DNA of 64,000 nucleotides from assembly GCA_964016885.1 (NCBI GenBank), contig OZ024742.1:47182001-47246000 (forward strand), given 5' to 3'. Positions 1-10,952 of the stretch are shown here, piece by piece. The notes beneath the pieces were generated by a model. That model saw only the letters and a program-made list of their open reading frames with translations. It made no database searches and had not been told where the DNA came from. Position numbers and translations under genes: made by a program. This DNA comes from Eledone cirrhosa (Eukaryota). Within the stretch, counting starts at the first letter, position 1, and the number at the start of each line of letters is the position of its first letter.

Positions 1-272
1 ACATTGATGTTTAGAAAATATTATCACCAACATTTAATTATTTGTCTTGTCCTTGTCTACATTGTGATTTCGTAGACAAAAGAAAGAAATATCCTGCAGC
101 AGAATTGGCGGAGACATAGACATCTTTAACACTGAGTAGATATTCGAATACATTATCGAAAAACACTTGTTTCCAGAAGGTATATATGTGTGTGTGTGTG
201 TATGTATGGGTGGGTGTGTAATTTATGAGTATAAAATTATGTGTCGCTGTAAGTCTATATTATTTGTAGGTG

Positions 273-454
273 CGGTGGATTGGCAGTATCGGTAGAGGGT
301 CGGACGCCATGCTTTCCAGCATAGTTACGTCCCTTTACGATCTGAGTTCAAATCCCGCCGAGGTTGACTTTGCCTTTCATCCTTACGGGGTCGATAAAAT
401 AAAGTACCAGTAATGTACTGGTTAATTGCTGGCCTTGTGCCTAAAGTAGAAACA
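273..454 (+). mobile_element. tRNA-derived SINE (family S1, Deu/Nin-domain-like), full length, 14-bp TSD
   Basis: Pol III A box TGGCAGTATCGG and B box GAGTTCAAATCC; central GCCTTTCATCCTTACGGGGTCGATAAAATAAAGTACCAG; TSD ATTATTTGTAGGTG at 259-272 and 455-468; many further copies in the window. Confidence 0.9.
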
Positions 455-814
455 ATTATTTGTAGGTGTGTGTACACTGTTGTAAATTTCTTTGTTTATT
501 TTCCACAAACACACATGAACTCATATCTCCACACAAGCATGCTCTCCAAGCATACATACACACTCATATACATAGACGTTTATGTGTATAATAGGTAACC
601 ATATCATTACAAGCGGGAAATATATTTTTATATAAATAGATACGTTTATATCGGTATATTTTAGTAATATGTATGCGAAGGAGTCTGTAGATAAGTTTAC
701 GGATATTGTTATATATTCCTTCATTAATCGTTGCTTTACGAATATGCAACGGATCTAACATAGTTTGGCGCACAGAAAATGATTCAATTCACGTACCAAT
801 ATATAGTTTATGGA

Positions 815-822
<8 letters not shown>

Positions 823-866
<44 letters not shown>

Positions 867-1025
867 ACTCTTTCTCTCTCTCTCCCCCTCTCTCTCTCCC
901 CCTCTCTCTCTCACTATGTATATATATATATATATATATGTGGGTGTGTGTTTATGTGTGTGTGTGTATGTGTGTGTATGTGTATTGTGTGCGTGTGTGT
1001 GTGTGTGTATATGTGTATATGTGTA

Positions 1026-1057
<32 letters not shown>

Positions 1058-1062
1058 TGTAT
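823..1062. repeat. compound microsatellite (CT)n-(TA)n-(TG)n
   Basis: Directly visible dinucleotide runs; source of spurious low-complexity ORFs. Confidence 0.95.
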
Positions 1063-1193
1063 GTAAATTTGAGTTGTTGCTCGAACATAGCGTTATACAC
1101 ATACGTATATGAATTGTATATTGGATATGGGATACGGGATATTTATGAAAAAAACATTTGAAAGCCTTTCGCTATGAATGTTATTAAGGCTAC

Positions 1194-1301
1194 ATAGTGA
1201 GTCTTGTAAATATGGAGTTTTATGTGTTTATCACAGGGTCATTAGATGTCTGATGACCTTGTGCTAAAACGGCGAAACTCCAGAGTAACAAGACTCACTA
1301 T
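1194..1301. repeat. imperfect ~108-bp palindrome (MITE-like hairpin)
   Basis: ATAGTGAGTCTTGT/ACAAGACTCACTAT, TGGAGTTT/AAACTCCA and CACAGGGTCATTAGA/TCTGATGACCTTGTG pair as nested inverted repeats. Confidence 0.7.
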
Positions 1302-1372
1302 TTACCGTTAATTAAATGAATATTTAAACTCTACATCCGTATTGAGAACTAATTTCTCTCAGCCGTCAATTT

Positions 1373-1425
<53 letters not shown>

Positions 1426-2617
1426 ATATATATATATATATATACATTCCAAAATAAAGTGTGGTTACCTAGAAAACACTAACAACAGAAAAGGTGTCAT
1501 ATAGAGAATAACATTGAAAAAAAAAAAAAACACGTAAACATTTATGATACTAAGCCAGAAAATGAAAATCTAACTTCGAACAATTATGTTTTAAATCACA
1601 GTATTCTTCCGGTTTTGACACTGTAATCTGTACAAAGACCTTCCATTTTCCTCATTCTTCTATGATATGTTTGAAATCTATTTTAACTATCGATCGATTT
1701 GTTGAAAAATACGTCATATATATTGAAAACGAATAGGTTTAATTTCAACAGAACATTACCGACGTGAAATCAAATATTGCCAATACACAAGATACTCTAG
1801 TTTGTAATTTCATTTTGATATATTATAAACAGAAAACTCAATATTTCTCTAACATTCCTTGTTTTCTATTATGTACTTCATATTAATATTTTAATTATTT
1901 ATTCATCAATCCCTTAATTTAAATATGTTGGGAATTAATTATAGCATTCAGCTTTGATAATTTTCAAATTAAAACAGTTTACATGCTTCTCGTTAATAAT
2001 ATTTCCCCCAAAGAGTCAGAATCATGTGATCAATACAAAGTCAAGTAGGTTTTGTCTAAAATGACAACAGCACGGGTTAACCTATTGGGGCAAAAATCTG
2101 CAGTTCATGCCGCCATAGAAGACAGGCAATAAAGCAAATCAAATTTTATTTGATGTGAACCCTTCTCAAACTGAACAAATGTAATATCTTTTGAGAACTT
2201 ACAACGATACTATCTTGACAGCTTTCAAGTAAATTGAAAACAACGAGAAGCACGTGATGGAGAATGCAGTTGAGGGGGCAGTAATCAATCAATGCTTAAG
2301 ACGTCTGGAAAATAATACTGACATTATCTTCTTGAAGTAAGATGTAAATTGCTTAAATTTTAGATAAAGTATCCCTTAAAAAGGTAAATAGATTTTAACC
2401 CTCTGAAGCTAACATTTTAGTTTCGAATATTTCAGTTTCTCAGGTTTTCTTTTCGGTTCATGTTTAAAATAAATATTCCTGTGAAATTAAATTTGATTTC
2501 TGTGATGTCAAAATATTGCGTTATGTTATAGTCCCACAGTTGAAACTTCTAAATTCATAATAATTTGAAATACTATTGTTTAAAAATGTAAACAAAATAA
2601 GATTATTATTATATTCA

Positions 2618-2805
2618 AGGGCGGTGAATTGGCAGTATCGGTAGAGGGTCGGACGCCATGCTTTGACGTATAGAGTTACGGCCCTTGCCATTCTGAGTTC
2701 AAATCCCGCCAAGGTTAACTTTGGCTTTTATCCTTACGGGGTCAATAAAATAAAGTACCAGTAATGCACTGGGTAATTGCTGGCCTTGTGCCTAACGTAG
2801 AAACA
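2618..2805 (+). mobile_element. SINE S1 copy with 16-bp TSD
   Basis: Same head, core and tail as 273-454; TSD ATTATTATTATATTCA at 2602-2617 and 2806-2821. Confidence 0.9.
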
Positions 2806-3757
2806 ATTATTATTATATTCATTTCATTTTAGAGATTATAATTATTTACATTTATTTCGTTTGTTCTTCCACTTGCGGTATCTGCTAATACCATTTTGAC
2901 TTACAGTCCGTGCTATTTATTTAGATATGTCTTTTATTATACACTGAAACACAAACAAATGCTACTAGAAACGTACCTAACAGTTCTTAAAATATCTTCA
3001 CACTAATTAAACCTATATGTCTTCCTTAGCACAAATTAATTAAACACCACAGTGGTATACTTTAGGAGTTATAATTATTTTTAAAACAAATTGTTAAAAC
3101 AAATAACCCAGAAGTTAATATGTTAGTAAAATGCGTCATACTATGTCTGTGGCGGAATTATGGAAAGAAAAGAAATATTTTTCATTTCTTTTCGGAAATG
3201 TTTGCCCACTGCTTCTTAAAACAGAATATTATACCATTTAGTTGAAAATACTTATGCTAATAAAAGAAATGTTAACGTACTAATAACGGTTTAGCAATGA
3301 ATGATTTTATATGCAATTCTTTTAATGTCTTAAAACAATATATATCCTACCTTCACATCCAACATTTACAATATAATTTACAGAACACAATATATTTGAG
3401 GTAGTTAGACATCAGGTATCTAAAGTATGTTTGCGCTGATATTTTAATATTAATATTACTAATTTCCTGAATAATTTTTTATTAACAATTATGCAATAAA
3501 TAAGGTACTTTTCCTGATTGGTTCAAACATATTCATACAATTTCAATGTATTTTTTTTATTTTAGTAGGTTTATTTAGTTTAAAACCAATTAAAGCTACT
3601 ATTGTTGCCCGTTGTGATTGTTAATTAATTTTGGCTAAGGAGAAGGTACAATGAATTCCAATATAATTAATAGCAGCTACGTAAATTGGAAAGAGAATTG
3701 GCTCCTATTTCGAATAAAATAAATCTGAAAAATTATTAAATTTTAGATAATAATAAT

Positions 3758-3969
3758 GGTTTCTTATATAGGCACAAGGCCAGTAATTTGAGGGGAGGGG
3801 AAAAACGAATAAATCGACCCCAGTGCGTGACTGGTACTTTATTTTATCGACGCCATAAGGATAAAAGGCAAAGTTAACCTCGGCGGGATTTGAGCTCATA
3901 TCATAAAGAGGCGTAACTCTATGCTGCAAAGCATGGCGTCCAACCCTCTACCAATACTGCCAATCCACC
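3758..3969 (-). mobile_element. SINE S1 copy (longer tail variant)
   Basis: Reverse complement of S1 with an extra GGGGTCGATTT...CCCCTC segment; (ATT)n tail at 3747-3757. Confidence 0.88.
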
Positions 3970-3980
3970 ATAATAATAAT

Positions 3981-5089
3981 GCTTTCTTTATTAACCACAA
4001 TGGTTTACATAAAGTAGACATTAAGGACAATACAGGACGGTACAAATGGCATTTCTGCGTGTAAAATAACACAAAAAACAGAGGATGTAACACAAAAAGA
4101 AACAACGAAAAATTCCCCAATAGGGAGGAGACTTCCGAGGGACATTCGTGGAGAAAGCCCATTAAAAAAAGCCAGCGTGACCCTGACCACCAGGGCAAGC
4201 GCCCTCTCTCAGTTTTCCACCTTCAATTTACAGGCACATACCCATCTTACAACAAAATGCTGGGAAGAGAGCACTTCCCTTTCTATCCTGATTTTCCTTT
4301 TCAAATTAAATTTGAAAATGTTAATCAGGGCATCACTGAAGAGGTAAGTGCTTGTCTTCAGCCCTTTCAAACGTGTCCACCATACTATCTCTTTCGCCAT
4401 GGCCACCAGACAGATACAAATTGCCTGCCCTTCCCGGCTAAAGGAAGAGGGCGGGGCAATTCTCACGATGGACTCAGCTGATAGCTGGATACGTCCTACA
4501 CGCGACAGCAGGTGTTAGACATAAACCCACAAGTCAGCAATGCTCGGACACTGGACGAGTGAGTGCAGAACGGTTTCGTCGCCCTGCGCGCATTTCGGAT
4601 ATGCTCGGCTGACGGCACCTCCATGCCTGTAGAGTTTATCCCGAACTGGCAAAGCTCCTGCCAGGCCACTAATCTTCATTTCAAGGTGTAGTTTCCATTG
4701 ATCACATTGGCCGATTGGTCGAGGGCTGTGAGCGCCTGAAGACATTCCAGACTCCATGCGCTCCCTCTCGGTCTTCGTCAAGGAGACGAGCTGGGGAAAG
4801 ACACGTCTAGCAAACGGCGACCATACTGATCACCGTCAAGGAAGAGGTGGAGATGTCGTAGCCTGAGCGCGTGTCTGCGCATCATCAGCCACGGCATGCC
4901 CAGCCCTCCACGTGGCGGTGTTGACAGCAGATGTACCGCCTGACTATCGGAGCGCGTCTCTTCCCCCAGAAGCGAACGAGCAAACGCTCCAGCGCAGTCA
5001 GGCGAGGCTTAGGACAAGGCACGACGTTCAGGCGATAGTAGATGACGGACGCAATGTACGCGTTGATACGATTTACTACGTAGGTCGCC
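3981..5089 (-). mobile_element. internally deleted Tx1/L1 copy: type-B 5' terminus fused to the ORF2 3' part and 3'UTR
   Basis: 5' GGCGACCTACGTAGTAAATCGTATC (identical to 40758) joined to the ORF2 NAYIASVIYYRL segment; further small deletions; (TAA)n on both sides. Confidence 0.88.

Positions 5090-5137
<48 letters not shown>
5090..5137. repeat. (TAA)n/(ATT)n tract: target and tail between two Tx1 copies
   Basis: About 16 perfect AAT units. Confidence 0.95.
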
Positions 5138-5139
<2 letters not shown>

Positions 5140-5400
5140 TTTCTTTATTAACCACAAGGGTTTACATAAAGTAGACATTAAGGACAGTGCAGGACAATGC
5201 AGGACGGTACAAATGGGCATTTCTGCGTGTAAAAAAAACAAAAATAGAGGATGTAACAAAAATAACAATGAAAATAACAATGAAAAATTCCCCAATAGGG
5301 GGGAGACTTCGGAGGGACATTTGTGGAGAAAGCCCAGTAAAAAGCCACAATGACCCTGACCACCAAGGCAAGTGCCCTTTCCCAGTTTTCCACCTTTAGT

Positions 5401-8400
5401 TTACAGATATATACTCAGAGTCGGCCCATTCACTCGGGCCATTCTTGCTTCTCTCACCCATCTTTCAACAAAATGCTGGGAAGAGAGCACTTCCTTCTCT
5501 ACTCTGATTTTCCTTTTCAAATGAAATTTGAAAAAGTCAATCAGAGCATCACCGAAGAGGTAAGTGCTCGTCTTCAGCCCTTTCAAACGTGTCCACCATA
5601 CTATCTCTTTCGCCATGGCCACCAGACAGATAAAAACTGCCTGCCCTTCCCGGCTAAAGGAGGAGGGCGGGGCAATCCTCACGATAGACTCAGATGATAG
5701 CTGGATCCGTCCTAAACGCGACAGCAGGTGTTCGACATAAACCCACAAGTCAGCAATTTTCGGACACTGGACGAGTGCGTGCAGGACGGTTTCGTCGCCC
5801 TGCGCGCATCTCGGACATGCCCGGCTGACGGCACCTCCATGCCTGTAGAGTTTATCCCGAACTGGCAAGGCTCCTCGGTAGCACTGCCAGGCCAGAGATT
5901 TCTGGAAGTTGTCCATAGGCCCTGGCCCGAAGGTTCTTCCGAAGAGATTGGCTAGTTGATTTTCGTCGACGCCTAGAGTTTCCCCAAGTACGTCGTCGCT
6001 CTTCCCCTCCACTAATCCTCTATAGAACGCCGAGGTGGAGTTTCCACCGATCACATTGCCCGATTGGTCGAGGGCTGTGAGCGCCTGAAGACATTCCAGT
6101 CTCCAGGCGCTCCCTCTCGGTCTTCGCTTGACCCAGGACTGCAGCTCCGTCAAGGAAACGAGCTGGGGAAAAACGCGTCTAGCAAACGGCGACCACACCT
6201 GATCACCGTCGAGGAAGAGGTGGAGATGTCGTAGCCTGAGCGCGTGCCTGCGCATCATCAGCCACGGCATGCCCAGCCCTCCACGTAGCGGGTGTTGACA
6301 ACAGATGGACCGCCTGACCATCGGAGCACGTCCCTTCCACAAAAAGCGAAAGAGCAAACGCTCCAGCGCAGTCAGGCGAGGCTTAGGACAAGGTACGACG
6401 GTTAGGCGGTAGCAGATGACAGACGCGATGTACGCGTTAGCCACCTCCGCTCGACCTTTCAGGGATAGCTTCCTCTCCGCCCATTTCTGGGTGAGAGAAG
6501 CCACCCTGCTCGTCACCTCGTCCCAGTTTTTGTCCGTCTGGAGGTCCGGACCGAACCAGACCCCTAGCAATTTAACCGGTCCGTCCGTCCAGCGCCCGAC
6601 GACGCTGTTGGACGGCATGGACCTGCCTCTCCAGGTGCCGAGCTGCAGGCCCACTGACTTTTCCTGGTTGATCATTGCTCCTGTCACCGCTTCGTATTCT
6701 CTTAGTGTAGTGCCGATCGCCTCGATGTGTTTGGCGTTCGACACCACTACGGTGACATCGTCCGCATATGCTGACACGGATCTTCCGCATCCTAGTTCGC
6801 GCGGGACTCCCCTCAACGTCTCCAGTTTGTGCAGTAATGGTTCGAGAGTCAATACGTACAAGAGGGACGAGAGGGGACATCCTTGGCGGACCGAGCGCAT
6901 GATGTTGAACGGTTCCGACAGGTGACCGTTCACTCTCACCACAGAGCAGATGTCGCTGTGCATGGCAGCGATCCAGCCTCTGAAGACGGGCCCAAAGCCA
7001 GCCGCCCTCAGGACTGCCGCTAGGTAACGATGGTCGACCCTATCGAAAGCTTTCGACTGATCTAAATTGATCAAGGACCCACCCGTGCCAGGTTCCCTAG
7101 CTACCCTCTCTACGATGTATCGCATGAGGTGGAGGTTGTCGTGGATGGATCTGTCGGGAATGGCGCATGTCTGCGCCTCTCCCACCAGACCACCAACGAC
7201 AAGCGCCAACCTCTTTGCTAGCACCTTGGCCAAAATCTTAAACTCTGTGTTTAGCAGAGTTATGGGCCGGAAATTGTCTATGTTATCCCCCTTGTTCGGA
7301 TCCTTTCTCAGCAGTGCCACCGCTCCTCGGCTCACAGAACTGGGAATTCTCCCGTTCTGTTGCCAGTTGCAGTAGACGTCCGCCAAGAGGCCTCCGAACA
7401 AGTCTGGCATCTGTACGTAAAGTTCATAGGGCAGACCATCCAAACCAGGCGATTTACCCCTTGTGCAGCCAGTCATTGCCTCCCTTACTTCAGCGGCTGT
7501 TATCGGCTTTTCGCAACACTTCGCCTCAGTGGCCGAGAGCCGCGGCAGTCCGTCGAGGTAGACACTAAAGTCCATCCCTCTACCCGGCCCCCCGCTGCCC
7601 CCGAACAGCTGAGCGAAGTGTCGCTGAAAAGCTTCACACATTTGCCCGGGATCGAGTAGCATGCGCCCGTCGTGGTCCACCAAAGACCGGATCGTGGCTT
7701 TGTTGCCACGACGCGCCTCCGCCACTCGGGCCCATTGAACGGCTTTCGTCCCCTCGTGTCTGAGAGCACGCACCCTAGCTCTGACAACGCAGCCTTCGTG
7801 CTTTGCATTGAAGAATTGGTCAAGGGCCAATTTCGCCGCAAGCACGTCGGTCGCAATGCCTTTGCTAAGCGCCTCGTCTAATTTTCTAACTAGTTCTCCC
7901 TCTGCTCTATTTTTCTCTATTGCTAAAGCCTTACTAAACCTAATTGATTCTATTCTAATCGCTCTTTTCAGAGCAAACCACCACTTGTTGTTGACGATGG
8001 CCCCCGTCAACGCCCGCTTAACTAGTTCGCTAATCCGGTCTCTGTAGGCCTTGCGCGCTGGTAAGGACGCGTTTAGCTTCCAGTAGCCGGGTCCTCGTCT
8101 ATGAAGCCTATCTAAGTCAAGCACACAGATCACGAATTTGTGGTCCGTGTAGCTGACTATCTTGAATTGTGGACAGCCTATGCTAGACCTATCTATTTCC
8201 CTACAAAATACTCTATCTAGATATGATCTGGATGACCCTATGCGGTTTGTCCAAGTCCACATTGGCACATTCGGGAAATCCAATCGGTACCTGTCAGACA
8301 GTTCAAAACGCCTGAGCAGGTTGGTGAGGCTCTTGCACCCTCCACCCCTATCCGCTAATCCCACACAGTCCCAGCGTGCATCTAAGATCCCGTTCCAGTC

Positions 8401-8820
8401 GCCCACTAACACTAAAGAGCGCGACGTTCCAAGAAAGGTCTCCAGACGCCGGAAGAAATCAGGCCGCCCTGCTCCTGTCGGGGCATAGACGGCCACTAGC
8501 CTGAAAGCTTGCCCGTCTCCGCTGGTCACGTCCAGCACCACCAGCTTACCCTCTGGGTCCAGGAAGATGGCCCGTATGGCGAGATCCAAACCTCTCCGAA
8601 AAAGCACAGCAACTCCTCCACCCGATCCAGGACGGCTGGGAGATGCGTACACATCGTAGCCGCCGAAGATCGGTGCGAAGGCCCGTGCTTCGGAGATTCT
8701 GGTCTCGCTGATGGCCACTACATCTATGTTTAGTGACCTGAGGTCGTTGAGCAGGTGACCCTGCTTCCATGACGACCCCAGGCCACGCGCATTTATGCTG
8801 CCTATTCTGAGTGAGGTCAT
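5401..8820 (-). CDS. Tx1/L1 ORF2: APE endonuclease, reverse transcriptase, C-terminal CCHC zinc finger (1139 aa)
   Basis: APE motifs SINARG, SETR, VYAP, GDWN, YLDR, TDH; RT motifs KSPGLDG, NFRPITLLN, DQSKAFDRV, RQGCPLS, YADD; CPRC..ETVLHALVQC. Confidence 0.95.
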   Translation of the reverse strand: MTSLRIGSINARGLGSSWKQGHLLNDLRSLNIDVVAISETRISEARAFAPIFGGYDVYASPSRPGSGGGVAVLFRRGLDLAIRAIFLDPEGKLVVLDVTSGDGQAFRLVAVYAPTGAGRPDFFRRLETFLGTSRSLVLVGDWNGILDARWDCVGLADRGGGCKSLTNLLRRFELSDRYRLDFPNVPMWTWTNRIGSSRSYLDRVFCREIDRSSIGCPQFKIVSYTDHKFVICVLDLDRLHRRGPGYWKLNASLPARKAYRDRISELVKRALTGAIVNNKWWFALKRAIRIESIRFSKALAIEKNRAEGELVRKLDEALSKGIATDVLAAKLALDQFFNAKHEGCVVRARVRALRHEGTKAVQWARVAEARRGNKATIRSLVDHDGRMLLDPGQMCEAFQRHFAQLFGGSGGPGRGMDFSVYLDGLPRLSATEAKCCEKPITAAEVREAMTGCTRGKSPGLDGLPYELYVQMPDLFGGLLADVYCNWQQNGRIPSSVSRGAVALLRKDPNKGDNIDNFRPITLLNTEFKILAKVLAKRLALVVGGLVGEAQTCAIPDRSIHDNLHLMRYIVERVAREPGTGGSLINLDQSKAFDRVDHRYLAAVLRAAGFGPVFRGWIAAMHSDICSVVRVNGHLSEPFNIMRSVRQGCPLSSLLYVLTLEPLLHKLETLRGVPRELGCGRSVSAYADDVTVVVSNAKHIEAIGTTLREYEAVTGAMINQEKSVGLQLGTWRGRSMPSNSVVGRWTDGPVKLLGVWFGPDLQTDKNWDEVTSRVASLTQKWAERKLSLKGRAEVANAYIASVICYRLTVVPCPKPRLTALERLLFRFLWKGRAPMVRRSICCQHPLRGGLGMPWLMMRRHALRLRHLHLFLDGDQVWSPFARRVFPQLVSLTELQSWVKRRPRGSAWRLECLQALTALDQSGNVIGGNSTSAFYRGLVEGKSDDVLGETLGVDENQLANLFGRTFGPGPMDNFQKSLAWQCYRGALPVRDKLYRHGGAVSRACPRCAQGDETVLHALVQCPKIADLWVYVEHLLSRLGRIQLSSESIVRIAPPSSFSREGQAVFICLVAMAKEIVWWTRLKGLKTSTYLFGDALIDFFKFHLKRKIRVEKEVLSSQHFVERWVREARMARVNGPTLSIYL

Positions 8821-8855
8821 GTTTAAAATAGAGTGGAAAAGATGGGAAAGACCAC

Positions 8856-10952
8856 TTACCGTATTTTTGGTAGAGGAGGGATGGTTTTTACATCCCTTTT
8901 CACTTGATCGTCTGGTGAAGGGACCGTTGAATCGTCCCTTCGGCTGGTCGTCGGCTCTTCTAAGAGAATGTCTGAATATACTCTTCGATTAATGGTTCCT
9001 CCTAGGTCCCTGAAATCACCAACTGCGTTGGGGAATTTCGTTTTAATGTTTGTGTATTGTTTCTGTGCTATTTTTAGCAGTCTTATGTTAGTTGGCGTTT
9101 TGATTGGTGCTGGTATTATGTAGTCCTGTTGTGAAATGTCTGTGTGTTCAATTATGTAAGTCATTAGTTCCTTGTTGTGTGTGTTTATTGCCGTGCATTT
9201 GTTTTTCTGGGGGTGGGGTGTGGTTCTGCTATTTTCTTGTCGTTGTTGCTGGGTGTGTGTGTTTTGTTGTTGTGTTTGCGATGTTGGTGCTTGTGGTGGT
9301 GGTGTTGAAGGTGTTGTTGGCGGTGGGGTTGTCGCCGGTGGTGATGGTGGTGCTGGTGTGGGTGGTGATGGTGTTGGTGGTGTTGCTGCTGTGGGTCTCT
9401 TTGCAGTAGACTTTACCCTTTTCTCATTTCTTTCCTCCCTTTTCAAAGGCGACGATGCGCTGCTTCTGCGTTTGTGCCTTCTTGAGACCTTTTGCCATCC
9501 CTCTCCCACCTCACACTCCATGTCTGATTCTGTAAGGTCGGGGAGGGGTACCAGCTCCACTCTTTCACTTGTTGTTGTTGGTGATGTTTGCACTGGAGTC
9601 TCTGTTGCAGCTGCATTTGGTATTGCTGTTGTTGTTGTTAATATTTCCACTGCTGCTGCTGTCTTTGATTTCCGTGGAGTGGGTATGGGTGCCACGGACC
9701 TATCGTTCCTGGTTGCCGCTTGTCCTGTTGCTGGTAGCCGTGGAACCGGATTCGGGAGGAGGGGGGTTTTCTCCTTTCTCAGGGTCTTCTCGTTGCAGAA
9801 GGCCCTGAGGTGAGTCTTCGATCCACAGCGAAAGCATTTCGGGCGTTTGCCCTCAACACTTATGGGCAGTTGAGTGCCGTTATCGAAGTCTATCACATCC
9901 GGGATAGCTTCGATGCACTCCTGGTTGGTTTGGATTAGCATCTCAATGGAGGAGCCGACCCAATCTTCTCTTACTTTTTTCTGTACTTGCAGTACAGTTG
10001 TTTTGTCCTCGATTCCGACGAGGACAGACGCGGCCAGCCAAGAAGGGGTCATTCCGGGGGGGACGTGGGTCAGTTTGACCCTCACAATTTTTTGCCCGCA
10101 GTAGGAGGGCACCAACACCATTTCCTCGCTCCTTAGGGTCACTACTGATTGGGCCTTTGCCTCCTGGGGTGTGGCAAAAAGTACGTCTACGGTGGCGTAT
10201 TTTTTGCCTCGGGTGATGTGCGTTTTCCTCTGCCACACAGACCCCAAGGCTTTTTGTATTTGGGCCTCTGTGGCTCTTTCCACCCTACGGGATTTTGTAC
10301 TTACTGTACGGTACGTGACCGTACAGTGCTCTTGGGTTTCGAAAAAATTTTTCGCTGCCTTGCAGATTGCTCGGTGTCCGTTCTTTGTCACCATCTTCTT
10401 CGCTTCCTCTAATTCCTCATTTGTTATGAGGATTGTTTCCAGGTTTTTCGCAATACCTGCAAATGAGATTGGTTTTTCTCTGCTGTTGTTGTTGTCGTCA
10501 GAGCTGCTGGTACTTTTGTTGTTGCTGCAGGTACTACGACTACTGCCTCCGCCGCTGTTGCTGTGGTTGTTGTTGGTGTTGCTGCTGCTAATGCTGTTGT
10601 TGTTTATGCTGCTGGTGATGCTGTTGCGGCTGCTACTGTTGTTTTCATTGTCACTGTTGCTGTTGTTATTACGGCTGCTACTGCTATTATTCCTGACGTC
10701 AGACGAATGAACTGGGTTTTCGTATTTCCCGCACACCTGTTTCGTCGCTGTCGTCGTCGTCGTGGAGAAACCTTGCACGCTTTGCACGAGACTTTTCTTT
10801 TCTTTCGTCACTTGCGAAAGAGAAGGGAGGGAGAGAGACACATTTAAAGAAGGGAGGGAGAGAGACAATCTTCTCTCTGCTGTAGTGATGATTGAGGAAG
10901 AAGAAGACGGAATGAGTGGGAGTGACGTATGAAATTTCTTTTTGGTAGCCAT
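8856..10952 (-). CDS. Tx1/L1 ORF1 (gag-like nucleic-acid-binding protein, ~698 aa)
   Basis: First ATG (MATKKKF) at 10952; zinc knuckle CFRCGSKTHLRAFC (CX2CX4HX4C); Ser/Asn-rich and Pro/Thr-rich low-complexity tracts; lies upstream of ORF2. Confidence 0.9.
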   Translation of the reverse strand: MATKKKFHTSLPLIPSSSSSIITTAERRLSLSLPSLNVSLSLPSLSQVTKEKKSLVQSVQGFSTTTTTATKQVCGKYENPVHSSDVRNNSSSSRNNNSNSDNENNSSSRNSITSSINNNSISSSNTNNNHSNSGGGSSRSTCSNNKSTSSSDDNNNSREKPISFAGIAKNLETILITNEELEEAKKMVTKNGHRAICKAAKNFFETQEHCTVTYRTVSTKSRRVERATEAQIQKALGSVWQRKTHITRGKKYATVDVLFATPQEAKAQSVVTLRSEEMVLVPSYCGQKIVRVKLTHVPPGMTPSWLAASVLVGIEDKTTVLQVQKKVREDWVGSSIEMLIQTNQECIEAIPDVIDFDNGTQLPISVEGKRPKCFRCGSKTHLRAFCNEKTLRKEKTPLLPNPVPRLPATGQAATRNDRSVAPIPTPRKSKTAAAVEILTTTTAIPNAAATETPVQTSPTTTSERVELVPLPDLTESDMECEVGEGWQKVSRRHKRRSSASSPLKREERNEKRVKSTAKRPTAATPPTPSPPTPAPPSPPATTPPPTTPSTPPPQAPTSQTQQQNTHTQQQRQENSRTTPHPQKNKCTAINTHNKELMTYIIEHTDISQQDYIIPAPIKTPTNIRLLKIAQKQYTNIKTKFPNAVGDFRDLGGTINRRVYSDILLEEPTTSRRDDSTVPSPDDQVKRDVKTIPPLPKIR

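Noticed and set aside
273-360. tRNA gene
   Set aside because: A and B boxes belong to a SINE head; no complete cloverleaf, and the unit is followed by SINE core, tail and TSD.
706-1161. ORFs rich in CV/HT/YI/SL repeats (also at 25484, 29029, 33603-34325, 34614-35011, 55609, 62796-63575)
   Set aside because: Translations of dinucleotide microsatellites, not genes.
1980-2340. Possible transposase C-terminal remnant
   Set aside because: No diagnostic DDE or SPDL-type motif could be read.
9104-10847. Plus-strand Val/Leu/Gly-rich ORFs resembling membrane proteins (also 16894-18620, 35550, 51601)
   Set aside because: Antisense shadows of low-complexity Tx1 ORF1 tracts.
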